Source of the DNA: Lama glama
Taxonomy: Eukaryota
NCBI GenBank assembly: GCA_028534125.1
Contig: CM052816.1
Location: 72,046,001 to 72,110,000 of the forward strand
DNA length: 64,000 nt
Direction of reading: 5' to 3'
A model generated the notes under the pieces. That model was not told the DNA's origin. It did not search any database and worked only from the letters and a program-made list of their open reading frames with translations. Position numbers and translations under genes: made by a program. The first letter of the stretch is position 1. Every line of letters starts with the position of its first letter. Below are positions 1-13,993 of this stretch, one piece after another.

Positions 1-1607
1 CAGTTTCTAAATTCTGCTATTACATCCTCATATTTATGTCATATATAAATGAATGACCCCAAAATTAACTTGAAAAAGTAATTTTGTTGCTTAAAACTGT
101 TTTAAAAACACAGTCAAAGGGATCTGGCAGATTTGGGGAGCCTTGGCAGAAAGAAACAAGTAGTCTTCTTGTCCCATGTAAAGTCTTCAAATACCTGGTC
201 ACAGAAACTAAATAAGATACTGTATCTTGGCCCTACCACACCTATATTATCCTTCAGTCTGGCCTTGAATTCAGAGGCACAAGTCAAAACAGATCAATGT
301 TATAAGTGGATCCTTTCACAATGATTAATATCTCAACCACTTCAAGTCTATGTTTGGAGAAATAAGTGGCATATCAATTATTTACAATATAAGAAAACAA
401 ACGATTAGTAAATACTTCCTAAATAGCAACCCTTAACAATGTGTATGACCTTTGTTCTCACCTTTTACACCAAAGGAAATAAACACAAGAATTTATAACA
501 TTATACTTGCAAATGAATATACATTTTAATTTTTTTCTGTCTGAATAAATTAGAATCAGATATGAGCCTTGATTCAGGGTCTGAAGAGTGGCAGACTTGC
601 TAATTAAACTGCTCTCATGAATGGCCTTATTTCAAAACATCATGTAGGAAAATCAACACTGTCACTTAAAACTTACAATGACTAAGAACTTTAGGACCTA
701 AAGAAACAGAATGGTTTTGATGAGCACATGACTCTTGAAAGGAAAATGCAGAGAGCTGGTGTTACTGTTCTCTGTAAACTTATTTGTGTTCTTTTAATAT
801 AAAAGAAACTTCAAAGTTTGTCTTCTTTCTCAATATGAAAAAAATAAGCATAAATATTAGATGAAAAAATATAAAAATGCTGGTGTGGTATAAATAAATG
901 TAAAAAATGTTCATTATAGGAAATAAAAAAAATATATATATACTGTATGTTTAAATTCTGAAGCCTTTCTTTTCAACATATGATCATTCGAATACAGATT
1001 TAGTCCACCAGGGGTGTCTATGATCCCCAAGTCATAACATTATAACGAACTGAATTTTAACCAAAGGGGAAAATTATTTAAACAAATAGAACACTTGCTT
1101 GCAAATATTTTCAGTGAATGAATGGTGGTGAATTTGGCTCATATCTTGGTTTACGTCCAGATTTCCTGCTTACTGAATATTATTTTCTTTTCATTGAATG
1201 AGAAAAGAGTTGTGGAGCTGTGCCATCTCTGTTGTTAAAATACATATATGTGTATGTACACACATATATGCATAACCACACATTCTGATGCATGAATCTA
1301 TAGATATGTATATTACATACTTTTGGGCAAAGCACTGCATCTAAAACCTAGTTGTTTTTGTATAAAGAAAAATAACAGAAGAGGAAACATCCCTCCCCAA
1401 AACATTTGAACGTTCATACTGCTAATTATACAGCACATGAGAATGTGCAAACATTATACTTATTGCAAAGGATCTTACAGATTTAGATGCCAATATAAAA
1501 TGTTCTCAATTCTATTTTGGTGCCCTAAAATGTAGGTATATAATACCAAATTTCCAATTAAAGAGTTTAATATAAAAATATCAGCACAAAACTGTTTTTT
1601 CAATCTG

Positions 1608-1613
1608 TTTATT
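1608..1613 (-). promoter_or_regulatory. Candidate polyadenylation signal AATAAA of PARP8
   Basis: tttatt on + is AATAAA on -, about 260 nt after the stop and followed by a GU/U-rich tract (gttttgtgctgatattttt). A second AATAAA lies at 1654-1659. Confidence 0.6.
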
Positions 1614-1869
1614 GTGTGAGCAACCCAAACTTCAGTTTAAGTGCTGTTGTAATTTTATTACTAGATTCCATAACCCTACAATTGATAAATTTTGTACCAT
1701 TTTAGGTATTTAATGAGATACTTAGAAATACTAAGAAAAAAATCAGTATTCAAAGGGTTAATTTTGTTTATAATAACAATAAATTATTTTTATCATCTTC
1801 TTCAGTTCAAAATCCAGCTTTGAACCCGAGGAAGGCTTTCAAATCACGTTAATTTTAAATGGTGGTCCT

Positions 1870-1972
1870 TTAACCAGTAGCAGTTTGATTACCAATTACT
1901 CGAAGGATCTCTTTGTGAATGCCTCCTTCTTGTGTGTTAATATTTGCGTCTCCCACTTGGCCATCCTCATAG
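1870..1972 (-). CDS. PARP8: PARP8 last coding exon (~exon 26): (V)YEDGQVGDANINTQEGGIHKEILRVIGNQTATG*
   Basis: Acceptor tgttttag|C TAT GAG; stop TAA at 1870-1872; 103 nt. Confidence 0.97.
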
Positions 1973-3849
1973 CTAAAACACAAAACATAGAAACATAAAA
2001 CATTCAGAAAGATGAAACATTCAAAAACATCCCCAAAGCATTTAAAACAGCTTAGAAATGCTACCTGATATCTGAAAAATAGTGCAAGGGAATCAAGATC
2101 CAAAGACAGTCATTTCCCAGTTGTATTTAATAACGTGCTAGCATTACTAAGCACCGGCTTCTTCTACTCTACATCATGCCCTGATTTGCCCCTTCATTTT
2201 TAACTTTAACTTTTTTAACCCCACACAAAGCATCGCCTGAGAGGCAGGAAGCACCCCAGTGTCCTTGGCCTTGCAAACATTTCCCCCAGCAGTTGTTACA
2301 TGAAGCCCACTGAGAAAGAAAATAATAAGTTCAGGTTTATGTCCCTTGGGTTCTGGACTTCTTAACTCTACTCCAACTTCAATCATTTCTTTATTTGCTG
2401 ATCAGTGAGACTCTAGAAAAATCACTGCACTTTCTACCATCGCTCCTTTGCCATGCCTGCCTTCTAATTATTATTCTGTTGTAATGAGTGCTGCATATTT
2501 TTTTCTTATCACTGGTTGCTCTATTTAGTCTGACTATAACATAGTTTTATTTATGCCGGTACTTCATATAAGAATGTAAGTTTGCTAAGTTTAGCTAAGC
2601 AATAGAAGTGAAAAAATAACATTAAAGGACAGCAATTACTAAGTCCTTTAGAAAGAAATAATTACATTTTAGATGATAATTCATTCCCTCAAATAAACTT
2701 ACTTGGGCAATAAGAATTTCCCAAGAATGCATTTTTAAACTTCCATGGTAATATTCAGAGTAGAATGGATGATGAATTAATTTTACTTCATAAAAATGAC
2801 TTCAAGACAGAAGCTTTAGAGAAGTGACAATTACTTCAAAATAGATAACAATGGGTACAAGCACAGTGTCTCAAAGATTAGTGTGCACCCCTGTCTTTTC
2901 CTCACCATACTTAAATTCTCCTGAAATAGCACAATACAGGAAAATGAAAACAGATGACATACAGCAATGAGAACGTAGGTCCTTGCATAATCAACTGCTT
3001 AAAAAACTAGTGATAACTGCATTTGTATTAAGTTTAAATTCCTAAGAAATGGCCCAACGTTGTCTACTTGGTTAGTTCTTACCCAAACACACACACACAC
3101 AAATACACACAAATGTGTATATATAAAGCACCCAATGGTGAAACATTATTGTGAAAAAAAAAAAGTATAGGATATGTGATACAAAGCCCAGTTATAAATA
3201 TTTTCTCAGGAGACCAAACAGTAAGTGCCATGTTAAGAACTAGAGGACATGTAAAGTGAAATGCTTTAGAATTATGCAGATCTAATCAGATGTTTTGTGG
3301 CAAAGTAAAGATATATTTTATTAAGCAAGTAAAATATGTTAGCTTGATTTCTGTAAAAATCTGGTTAGTCACTGTACCAAGGGTAAGGTAAGCCATCCAA
3401 AATCCTGAGCCAAGGCTGTGGAAGCAACCTGGCTTGAAGGCTCAGCCCAAAGGAGGTAACTGTGTTTTACCAAGTCAGCTGGGCTAACTCCTCAAGGATG
3501 TAGCTTATGGAAAACAAAACAGACCGACAAAAGGAGAATGAAGCAGACACAATAAAAGAACCAGAGTGCCTGGAGAGAAGTGGGAAGAGTGGCAGGTCTT
3601 AGAACAGTTTTGGTTCTTGGTGGCTTCCCAATTTCAGATGCCGTCCACCATGGATCTCCACCCTAAATTTCCTAACATGTTTGTTCTCTCTATGGCACTT
3701 CTGGTACAGTCAACACACTTCCTACGCCCTCTGTACTTTGGACACAATGTTGAATAAGATATTCTTGCCTTAACAGACATACAGCCTACATACTATCATC
3801 TCTACTCCTTTCAATTTAAATTTGACTTTGATTAAGAATTGTCTGTAAT

Positions 3850-4980
3850 GTATTTTAACTTCTCATTTTTTCCTCAACCCACTGCAATCATTCTTCAGAT
3901 CCTACTGCTCTACTGAAAAGTACTGACAATGGCTGCCCGTGGCCTTCCGGCTGATGAATTCAGGAGGCTGTATCCTCTGTGCCTGCGGCAAGTGGCACAG
4001 CGGACGGCTCTTTTTCTTGAAGCTGTGTCATCTTTTCACTCCGGAGTTGGCCCTTTGCTTCTTAATTCTCAGTCTCATTCATTGCACCCTCTTCCCTGGC
4101 CTCCCATTTCAATCCTGGTTTTATCCACAATTCACTTCTCGGTGAGCTCTCTTCTCATGATATGCAGACTCACTCTAGTCTCTCCCATTGTTGTAACTGT
4201 CACCCACATGCTGATTCCTAAAACTGCATCTCCAGTCCTTACATCTTTCCCTAACTGTGGTTTTCTTACAGAAGTCACAAAAGTGGTCTATTCAAAACTG
4301 CATTTAATTTACCCCAAGACTGCTCTTTTCTACTCTATCAATACCTCAGTTTGAAGTACCACCATCTACTCTCTCTACCAACAAGAAAACTTCAGTAATT
4401 CTTGGCTAGTGCATGTTTCCAAATCCAGCAAATCATCAAATTATCTTGCTTCTACTTTCCTAGTTCTCCCCATTTTTGCCTTCTCTCCATCTGATGCCCT
4501 TACCATCATTTAGGTCTTCATTATCATTCATCTAAACGAGTGATTTTCAAGTTGCAGGCGGTGTACAGTTAGCGTGCTTTGAAATTAATTAGGTTGTCCA
4601 GGCTAGCACTTTTCAGTGAAATTGGAAGAGAGAAGGACAGGGAGTACTAACTGTACCACACGATGTAAGCCTTGCCCTTTCCCAAGTCACTGTATCAAAT
4701 GCATTTTTTGTAGTGAGAAACGCTGACCTAGGCTATTGCTATGACATTATAACTGATCTATCTCTTCACTTATCCCCACCATCCTTCCTATAAGACTGTT
4801 CTCTGCCCTGCTAGAGTGATGCAAATGCCCTTCCTTTCACTTGCAGAATAAAATCCAATGTCCCTGGAGTGGAATAGCTGGGTTCTTCATAACCCAAACC
4901 TAAACATCCTCTCCAGTCACGTCCCATCACTGCCCCCTCACTCTCTTTCCCGGTCAAATGGTAGGGTTTGCTATCGCCAA
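3850..4980 (+). mobile_element. Degraded L2 LINE, with a probable hAT-Charlie MER insertion at ~4536-4730
   Basis: L2-like pyrimidine-rich motifs (cctcaacccactgcaatc, cacttgcagaataaaatcca). The internal segment has TIR-like ends gagtgattttcaa...gagaaacgctg. Confidence 0.55.
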
Positions 4981-6493
4981 ATATTACACACTCACCAACA
5001 CTTAAAAAGCATTCAAAGCTAATGCAGAAGAGAGAACAGAGCGCAAGAGTGAGAGACTGAGATTGAAAGTATTAAGAAAAATGCTTCTTTTTCCATTGTC
5101 CGTGAGGCCCACCAGGAAGAACGACAGCTGTGGGCTGAAGGCTAAAATCGGCCAGAGGCATTCAGCTGGCTTCAACTATGAAGACTGTATGATAGATAAT
5201 AAAGGAAAAACCAACTTCCATTTGCTTTGGTCAGTGGGCAGGGCTTGGATACATGAATGACTAGTGGCATTAGGGCATTTATTACAATATAGCATACAGA
5301 CTAGAAAGCAATAATTAAAAAACAAAAAAAAGAAATAGAGCAAGAATGATATCAGTAGGGAAATGATACATCTGACTAGAAAAATGAAGGAAAAATGAAA
5401 CTATCCAATACAAAAATTACTTCTGTTCCCAGGAATACAGAAAAGATTACTAAAATTTTAATGAAAAATAAATCAATTTACTTAAAAAGCTGTGAGAGAG
5501 AAAATAAGGCAATAGATGGAATTTAGCTGTCTATCTGGATCTCTCTTGGGTAGGTATATTAGGACATTTCATGGACAAAAATTTGAATCTACTGACAACC
5601 TTTATTTTGATTATAGCAGCTGATGATAGCAGCTTTATGACAGCTTTAAGATTGGTACACATAAATCTGTTTTCCGACTCCCTACATCTGGAACCCAGAA
5701 ATGATAGCACAGTTTTTCATTAGCAACAGAGGAGAAATTCACTGTGAACTGAATGACACCCAGAACTTCTCCCACGTTCTTGTAAGAAATCTGATGCAGT
5801 AAGTGTGGTGTCTACTTTATATAAATCTCTTCATTAAGTTAGAACATTCGGTCCTTTGTCATTGCTTTCATTCAATATGTATTAAGTGTTTCTGCACAAG
5901 ACGTAAGATCCCCAAACACAGACAGAATTTGCATTTTACTAGGGGAGGTAATAGAGTTACGCAAATAACTGTAGGACAGACAAGGCAGCCTGGCTGATAC
6001 AAAGAAAGGGCAAGCAAAACTCAGAGTCAAGACAGATGTCATGTCTGACCGGGACGTCGGGAAAGGCCCCACGGAAAAGACCATCACACAGTTAAGTCTT
6101 GAAAAATTGGCTAAAGGCTGAGCTGGTGAAAAGGTCAAGCATTTGGACTTCTGTGCAAAGGCACAGTAGTGGGGAAAACAACTCCAAGCTGTTTTCAAGA
6201 AACAGACTGGATAATAATTTAATTCAATCAGTGGTTCGTGCATGTAACTGAAGTAAAATGGGCTCTATGTTGCAGAATGCCAACTTTTTATCTGTCAGTA
6301 ACTACCAGCCTTTACGAGCAAGGAATAATCAAAACTCTGCTTTTTGAAAATTAATTTGGTATAGACAGTATGATCTTAAAATTTTATATGCACAGAAATG
6401 CAGGCTACACACCAAAGATTACGTGTAGTTAACTCTAAGTGGAGATATCGTGGGTCATGACTGTTTCCCTCTCGGCTTACCTTTTTAAAAAAG

Positions 6494-6608
6494 TTTACTT
6501 TATTGTCTGTTTGTTTTAATGGAGGTACTGGGGATTCAATCCAGGACTTCTAAAAAAAAGATTTAGCTAACTAAGCATGGGCTCTACCATTTAGCTACAC
6601 CCAGCCTC
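6494..6608 (-). mobile_element. tRNA-derived SINE, camelid Vic-1-like
   Basis: ggaggtactggggattcaatccaggac...ctaagcatgggctctaccatttagctacac is the reverse complement of a tRNA-like A/B-box head. T-rich tail to the left; ggcttac repeated on both flanks as a possible TSD. Confidence 0.75.
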
Positions 6609-7044
6609 CTTTTTTGGCTTACTTTTGATTTCAGTCTCTGTGCACTGAACAGGTAATAATGTAGTACTAGTGTAATAATGGTAATATTTTTAAAATCTGA
6701 CATTGTACAAAACAGATTATGAGCAATGAAGAAATCAGAAGCATGGAGAATACTGAGGAATCTTTTGGTGTCTTCTAGGGGAGAGAATGATACACACAGA
6801 AACAAAGGTATTTATAGAAGAAGACTGTGAAAAGATGTACTTGGAGCTGATGACTCCAGTGAGCACAGAAAAACAAACTGGAAACCACAGTTCAGGTTTG
6901 AAGTGTGAAATGACTGCATATATTGAGGAAGCTGAGAAGTTGGTTAGCAGATTTAGCAATAATGGGTTCCATTTTGTGCATAACGATTTTTGGGTACTAG
7001 TGGACTTTTCGAGAAGAAACATCCAGCAAGCAGTTATAATACGA

Positions 7045-7640
7045 ACATTTCATTCATTCCTACATATCTGCTGACCTCTATGCAAACACAAGTGACCCAC
7101 ATAGTCCCCGACCTCAAGAGGTATATAGAGTAATGGAGAAGACCACACATTAAAAAAAAGAATAACCCAATAATAAAAACATGCCCAGGGTATTATATAG
7201 CAACAAAAAGGAGCAGCAAAAAGGCACCAAAAGAATTTTCTGGAAGAAGGGAAGGCATATACTAATATTTAAAAGAGGAGCAGGGGTTAGATAAACAAGT
7301 ATGAGGGAAGAGAATGAAAGAGACAACCCCAGCCTAAAGGAGGAAGGAACGAACAAAAGCATGAAGCGTGGAAATCCCAGCACACAGTTCAGGTCGTGAG
7401 GCGTAACTCCCCGGGGTGAGGGATGCTGGGCAAAGAAAAATTGCAGCTGGGGACTGGATCTCCTCGACCTTCAATGCAGTGGTACAGAAGGAAGAACAGA
7501 GCACCGAGGAGACAGCTGGTTCCCTTTGTTAAGGAACCTGGACTTCATCTTATAAATAGTAAGCAGCTACTAAAGAGTTTTAAGCAGGGGAATGATGTGG
7601 CAGTTTCAATCTTGGAAAGAGATCTGGGCTAGAGACAGAG
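7045..7640 (-). mobile_element. Degraded L2 LINE 3' region
   Basis: Starts cattcattcc; contains ggacttcatcttataaatagtaagcagctactaaagagttttaagcaggggaatga, typical of antisense L2. Confidence 0.6.
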
Positions 7641-10224
7641 AAACTGAATTTATTACAGACTGGGGATAAAGCAAAGTTCCCTGATCATATCAGCCTGATG
7701 TCACACAGCTTATGTCACTGAGCCATGACTGAATGTTCTGTCTTCTAATCTCATAAATAAGCTGTCTTCTCACTGTGTTCTCATTCAAACACTGTGTATC
7801 TTTTGGAAAATCACAATGCAAGACATCTCTTATTTCACATAATGGCCATTATACAGTCCTTATTTTATACATTTTTCTTGTAGCTACCTCTTTAGATATA
7901 TTTCAAACTGAAATAAAAAACACACATTTCTTCTATAAATTAAAAAAAAACACACATATTCCAAAATATTTTCCTTTTTGCCATTTTTTGATTCTTCATT
8001 AAAAATTTACTGACAAGAAACTGTGCCTCGGGTACCGATGAGGTGATGCAGGGCACAAAGGACAGTAAAAAACAAGCGTAAGGGTCCGCCCTTAAGTTCA
8101 CAGCCTTGTGCAAGAGTTGGATACAATGAATGAACTGAATTTTAAATGGAAGTTCTTCACTGAGCTGTAGGAAGAGATTAATTTTGATTAGGAGCTTTGC
8201 AGAATAGGTGTTATTTGAGCTTTACCTGCAAAGATAAAATAGGCTTTGGATAGGAATTCCTGAAGTTTATTTAGCACTGAGATCTGCTTGACTCAAGAAC
8301 CTGAAAATACCTCGTGCCTCTCTTCTACAGATGGTCTGTTTTATTTGGTCCTTCCTGCTCTCAAATTTCTGAACTTCTTGAAATATTTTGAGAAATAGGA
8401 GGGGGTGCATATACCTTAAATCTATGTAACAGAGAAAATATGGAAATGATTGATTTGTGGATCTGCCTGCTCTAAACAAAAGAACCACTAAAGTGTTAAA
8501 CATGTAGGTGGTAACATCAAATAGGTGGGATACGAAAACCTGGTAGTTCTTAACCTTTCCTTGGTCCAAAACAGTGGAGGGAGAAGACATATCCCCATTT
8601 CTATGGCAGCAGTGGGGGGCAGTGCAGCATGGGGTACCCATGGCACTAGACGACACCTGTTTGTTAACAGCCAAATCATCTCTTACCTTCTCTTGGATTT
8701 TATTATTTAGTCCTAATTATGGAAAAAACCCATGGCAAGTTTTCCTCTCTAGCTTTAAAATCTCATGCACTGTGAAATTAACATTTCTGTTGTACGTGAC
8801 TAGAGCACAATCTGTCAGTTTGGTTTTCACATCCCCTGGTTAAGCCCACCTTCTGGCCCTTTTAAAACATCTGCCTTATTTCTACATACTAACCTTAATG
8901 TCTTTGTACAGATGTATCTCGAGGTCAGCAATGAAATCAAGCTTTAGCAATAATTCCTAGATACTCAAACTTGGCTGGGATCTGTTCTTAACATCTGAAT
9001 TATGACATTTTGCCTAAAGCACTTATATTTGATTTTTAGAATTTTCCAACAAAAATTTTTCAAACTTCTTTTCTTTTTTCTTCTAACAAACATCTTCCTT
9101 TAAATTTAAGTTTTAATTTTTTTCTGATACTCTGTTCCCTAAAATTCCTCTCATTTTTCTCTTGTTCCCTGTTATTATTTACTTATTGGAAAGAATGTAA
9201 TTAGGATATTAAATGACTATTTATTATCTCCTTCATTATGGAAATCAGATTTGCACAGAATTATTATAATTCTTAATATTTTCACTTAGTAACAGATAAG
9301 AAAAGAGCCCTCACTAATTTATATCCTAGTCTTGAGGCAAAGCATGTGTAACATTAGAGATCACATATTGCATAAAAATAAATAAATAAATAGAACGAGA
9401 ACAGAAGTTGAGCTTCTATCTGATGATGGTATATTTGTGATAACTCACTTCTTTCTCATCAACTTATTCTTTTCCTAGATGTCACCCCCACTAGGGAGGC
9501 AAGAACTCTGTGATTATATCTAAATAAAGAAAGAAACTGATAGTTGTAATTAGAATATACATTAATTAGTGAATGGATTCTCCTTTTGATGTATTTTGAA
9601 TCTTATCAATTGTCCTTAATTAGTTCCTTCTCTCCTGACGGAGTAGACAAAAATGATGAAGTCTCATTTGTGTTTATAAAAAAAAAGAAAATCATTCTCT
9701 TAACAGAATTTTTTTCCTTTGCATTGTTTGGAGAGCATCTGAATGTACTGAAAGTGTTTTCTTCTCTTTTCTTCAGATGGTCCTTCCTCACTTTTTTCTT
9801 ATGAAATACAGAAATCCTTCTCTCCAGTCGACACACACATACCCACACCCACACACATATCGCTACTGATTCAGTTTGCATGTAATTTATGTAAATCTGC
9901 AAAGAAATAATACTAGAAACGTTTACTGCCTACTTCCATATCTAAAGTTGTTATTTAGCTCAACAAATTTGAATTTTAGCAAGATGCTAAAAGGTGTAGG
10001 TTAACTGATTAACGTCAGGCTAAGGAAAGGAATTTGGGGTAATTTTTTTGGTCAAAATCTCCAGGTCACTCAATGAAATAACTGTAGTTGGAAGTGGTTT
10101 TTGGAAGGCTGATCTTCTAACAGTGGATAAAAGTCAAGATGAGTCAAGAAAGAAGAGAAAAAATATTCAGTGAGTGCCTTTCAGTGGAGACCTGTACTGT
10201 GCTAACTTACTCCGAATCATAACC

Positions 10225-10565
10225 TTAAGCAGCAGCGTGAAGACAGCTTTCCTAGGAGCCCCGGGAGCTCCAGCGCGCCCTCCTCTACCTTGCCTTCTGC
10301 CCCAGGAGGCCGACTCATATGGACTCAGTCAATATGCTCCCTTGCCCTCTAGCTGCTGGTAGAGTTTGGCCAATGGGGAATCCCAGCAGGGCAGTGGCAG
10401 GAGGTCAAGGTTTTGTTTGGTTCCAGCCCCACAAGGGCACCTCGGGCTGCTTAGCCCCTGAACTGAAGGCCATGACTCCTTTCAAAGCCACTGAACTAGA
10501 AACGGCTCTCCTGCCAGGTTCTGTTGGCTGCTTCCTGTTCTTATTTTTCTGGACCTGAGGATGTG
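10225..10565 (+). mobile_element. ERVL LTR33-like solo LTR fragment
   Basis: gcccaggaggccgactcatatggactc...gctcccttgccctctagctgctggtagagtttggccaatgggga resembles the recalled LTR33 consensus. Confidence 0.6.
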
Positions 10566-11870
10566 CATCAGTTCTGGTGCGACCAGGTCCAAGTTACTAC
10601 ACTAGACCTATGATTTCCCTACAACCACACTTCTGTAAGTTACCTAACTGCGGACGACAGAAGTTATGTTCCTCATGGGCCAGTGGCTTCCTGTTGGGAT
10701 TCTGAATGACACAAGTATACTGTCCTACTGTCTCTGCGGATGATGCTATATGATCTACTGATGAAGCTTAGAGAGGTTGTGCAGCTTGGCCAATGTCACC
10801 TAATAACTGGTCAGCCTGGAAACAAACTGTCTGATCAAAAGCAGGAGGGCTCTTTCCACTATACCCATTGCTGCCTCACCATTAAGAATGAAATCTATAG
10901 ATATGTATACATCTCATACTATATATTCTATGTATTAGTATGTATCATAAACACAAAAGATACACAAATACATAACATATAAATCTGTGTTGTAAGAAAG
11001 TCAGTTTTCAGACCATCCAAAAGAAAACCAGACAGTTCATAAAATTTTCATTGTGAACAGTCTGTCATAAGCTAAGAGATCAAATGCTGCAGGTGTAGCA
11101 TGCTACAGCTACACTATATTTTGAACTAATCATGATATAGTCATTTTGACATGGCTTATAAAACAAGCCAGTGCATTTCTCCAGCTTCTTTTCAGAAAAT
11201 GACGTAAAAGTACAAAACAGATATATTCAACTCTTTCCTGAGGTCTTTTCTGTGATAGAATCATGGATGAGGAAGAAACAGGTATGGGAAAAGGCTGAGA
11301 GTTAGGCAAGGAGGGGTGAAAAATCACACAGGTCTACTGCACTGATTTATTTAAGGATGAAAAATAATGTTATTGTATTTTAATGCAGCTCTTATGCTAG
11401 AGCAGTGTCAAAAAATCCACGTTAACATGCCCTGCATTGCTAGCCTACATTATATGGAATGCAGATCAACTTCTCATAGGACTAAAACTTTCTCATTATT
11501 GTTGTCCTCATTCTCAGTTCTAATATTTTTTAAATATACAAAGAATATGTGTATATTTATGTGTATATATCTAGCTAGATACATGTAAGACCTGTATGTA
11601 TGTATATATACACTTATATGCACATGTGTACATACATACACACAGACAGTGGTTAAAGACACCATGTTTTTCTTCAGTTCTTCTAAGTTAAAAGCAATTA
11701 AACATTGCTGTTTTTCAGAGCTTCTTAAAATAAAACAAAAGCGTTCAGTTGATGAGAAAATACCCGTCTGTTAATATATCAGCAGCTAAGGGGACCAAAT
11801 AATAGTGTAGTGACTACCACCTCATTTATGGAGGAGACAGTACTGTACAAATTTAAGCCTTTATACTTAC

Positions 11871-11955
11871 ACAAAAAAGAATCGGGTGCAGACATGATCA
11901 GTATTTGGGACGACCCATATCTCTCCATGTTTGTGCAGGTCAGGTGAGGTGATCA
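11871..11955 (-). CDS. PARP8: PARP8 exon ~25: (V)ITSPDLHKHGEIWVVPNTDHVCTRFFF(V)
   Basis: cttacag| ... |GTAAGT; 85 nt; phases match the neighbouring exons. Confidence 0.97.
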
Positions 11956-12807
11956 CTGTAAGTGGAAGATAAGATTACAGAATTATTTTATTTGAAGTTA
12001 CTTCTCTTAAAAATCTAAAAGCAAAAATACATGCATAATTTAACATAAGAAAAATGTTTAACCTTACTATAAACTATCAAGAAATTTAAATAAAACTAGT
12101 GAAATGCCAAGCAACAGTTTTACGTTTGGAACGCGATTAGCGTAACAGTAGGAAGGAAATCTCTTGCATGTTATGACAGCAAATAGGTCCTGACTTGGGA
12201 ACCATGTAGAATGCAACTTAGTTCCTCTATAACTATCACTTTGAAAACTTAAAAGACAGTTAACAGTGGCTACCGAAACTCCAAACACAAAAAGAAAAAA
12301 TAAATTTTTAGCCAAAGTCAAATTTTAAAGCAAGAACAAAGGAAAGCATCTGATCTTGCAAATCGCGAATCAATTTTCTGTCCTACGTTCAGAATAGAAG
12401 AATAATTTAAGTGTAGGAACAAGAAAGACCTATTGGGTTATCTTCTCAGCACCTGGTTCAGCTCTCAGATTTTTCATGGTATTGTATGTCCAGAAACCAA
12501 TGCAAAGGAGAAGGGGGCATACTGACAAAAGAGATAAGCAATCCTTGATGAGAAAGAGATAAGTACCATTCTGAAATATCTGCCAAGAATAAAATATAGC
12601 ACTGTTTGAATTCCTGCCAATTCTGCTCTTTGGTTTTAACCTTTATGATCTCTGCTGCATCCACTTTCCGTTTGTGCCCTTAGAGATGGTCAAAAGGACT
12701 AAGGCTTGCACTAGTCCATCATGAAAATTCTGTAAATATACTGAAATTCTTAAATACAGATAAGATAGAGAATTAGTGCTACATGGTTTATAAAACTTTC
12801 AACTTAC

Positions 12808-12877
12808 CTTCACATAAGGCTATGCATTTTAAGTTACGGCTTTGCAGGAATTGGGATTGCTGTCCTTTTTTCTGTGA
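12808..12877 (-). CDS. PARP8: PARP8 exon ~24: SQKKGQQSQFLQSRNLKCIALCE
   Basis: tttag| ... G|GTAAGT; 70 nt. Confidence 0.97.
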
Positions 12878-13429
12878 CTAAATTCCAAAAGAATTTAAAC
12901 ATTAGAGTAAAAATGGGACAGTCACTCAAGTGAAAAAAAATGATCATCATTAAAAAATAATAGTCACTAAGATAGCTCCAGAGTTTTAAAAAAGGCCTAT
13001 CTAGACTAGCAGCAATATCCCTGAATTCTCTCTTAATGCCAAGCTGTATTTTTTATATCACTTAATTCTGTACATAATTATAATTAAATCACTCTCAAGA
13101 AAAGTGAATTAAAAAATGCTAAATTAAGGCTCAACAGCCTCACCACACAGAATTAGAACTCAAATTTATTTTCACTGGAAGCCTAGCATCTTTATTTCAA
13201 GGGAAACAAAATGAAAGCTGCATGATCTTTTCAAACATTAAAATCAATTATTCCACATCATCTAACTATTCAAAACCAACCCATTTTTGTAGTATCGTTA
13301 AGGCACAGAAGTTTCAGAAACATCTCATGTAGAAAATCTGGAGGTTTTGTTTTTGAATATTCGATTAACTATACTGGTTTTAAAAAAAAAAATAAAGTCA
13401 CATTATTTATCAAGTGGAATTTGTCCAGA

Positions 13430-13840
13430 ATGCTTGTTTTCTCTGAAACAGCAAGGGATTTGTGACTGCTCTTCTCTATGCCTGGAATGATCTTTCTCCC
13501 CGAGAGCCATATGGCTTGGGCACTCAGTACTGACAGGTCTTTACTCAGACAGAACCTTCTCAGAGCATGCTTTTCTGACCACCCCATTTAACACTCCTTC
13601 TAGTTCTATGTCCCATTCCACAGCATTCAATATCCCTTTTCCCTGATTCTTCCCCATAAGATTTACTAGCACCCAGCATTCTATCTAAATATATATTTAA
13701 TGTATTTATATCCACTGAGTAGAATGTCGGCTCCAAGAGGATTTGTCTGTTTTTGATGACCACTGTAGCCCAATGCCTAGGAGATGTCTAGCATTACAGT
13801 AGGAGCTCAAGAAATACTTGAGTATTTACTGAATAAAGGC
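13430..13840 (+). mobile_element. L2 LINE 3' end
   Basis: Ends ...gcattacagtaggagctcaagaaatacttgagtatttactgaataaa, an L2 3' terminus. Confidence 0.65.
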
Positions 13841-13993
13841 ATTTGGGTTATTACATTTTAGGGTGAGTTTCATTCCTGTGTGAGTAATGACCACTTAAAA
13901 TAATTCTGCAGACTTAAAAAGCCTGAGTAATCCTGCTGGCTAAGGGAGCTAGAGTTCACTCATCAGAGGCAGTCACTCGAGTCGCTACGACAC

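Noticed and set aside
3929..4354. 141-aa ORF
   Set aside because: Lies inside a degraded L2 element; composition follows the pyrimidine-rich repeat.
6520..6600. tRNA-like sequence
   Set aside because: Degenerate SINE head with a tail and TSD-like flanks; no intact cloverleaf.
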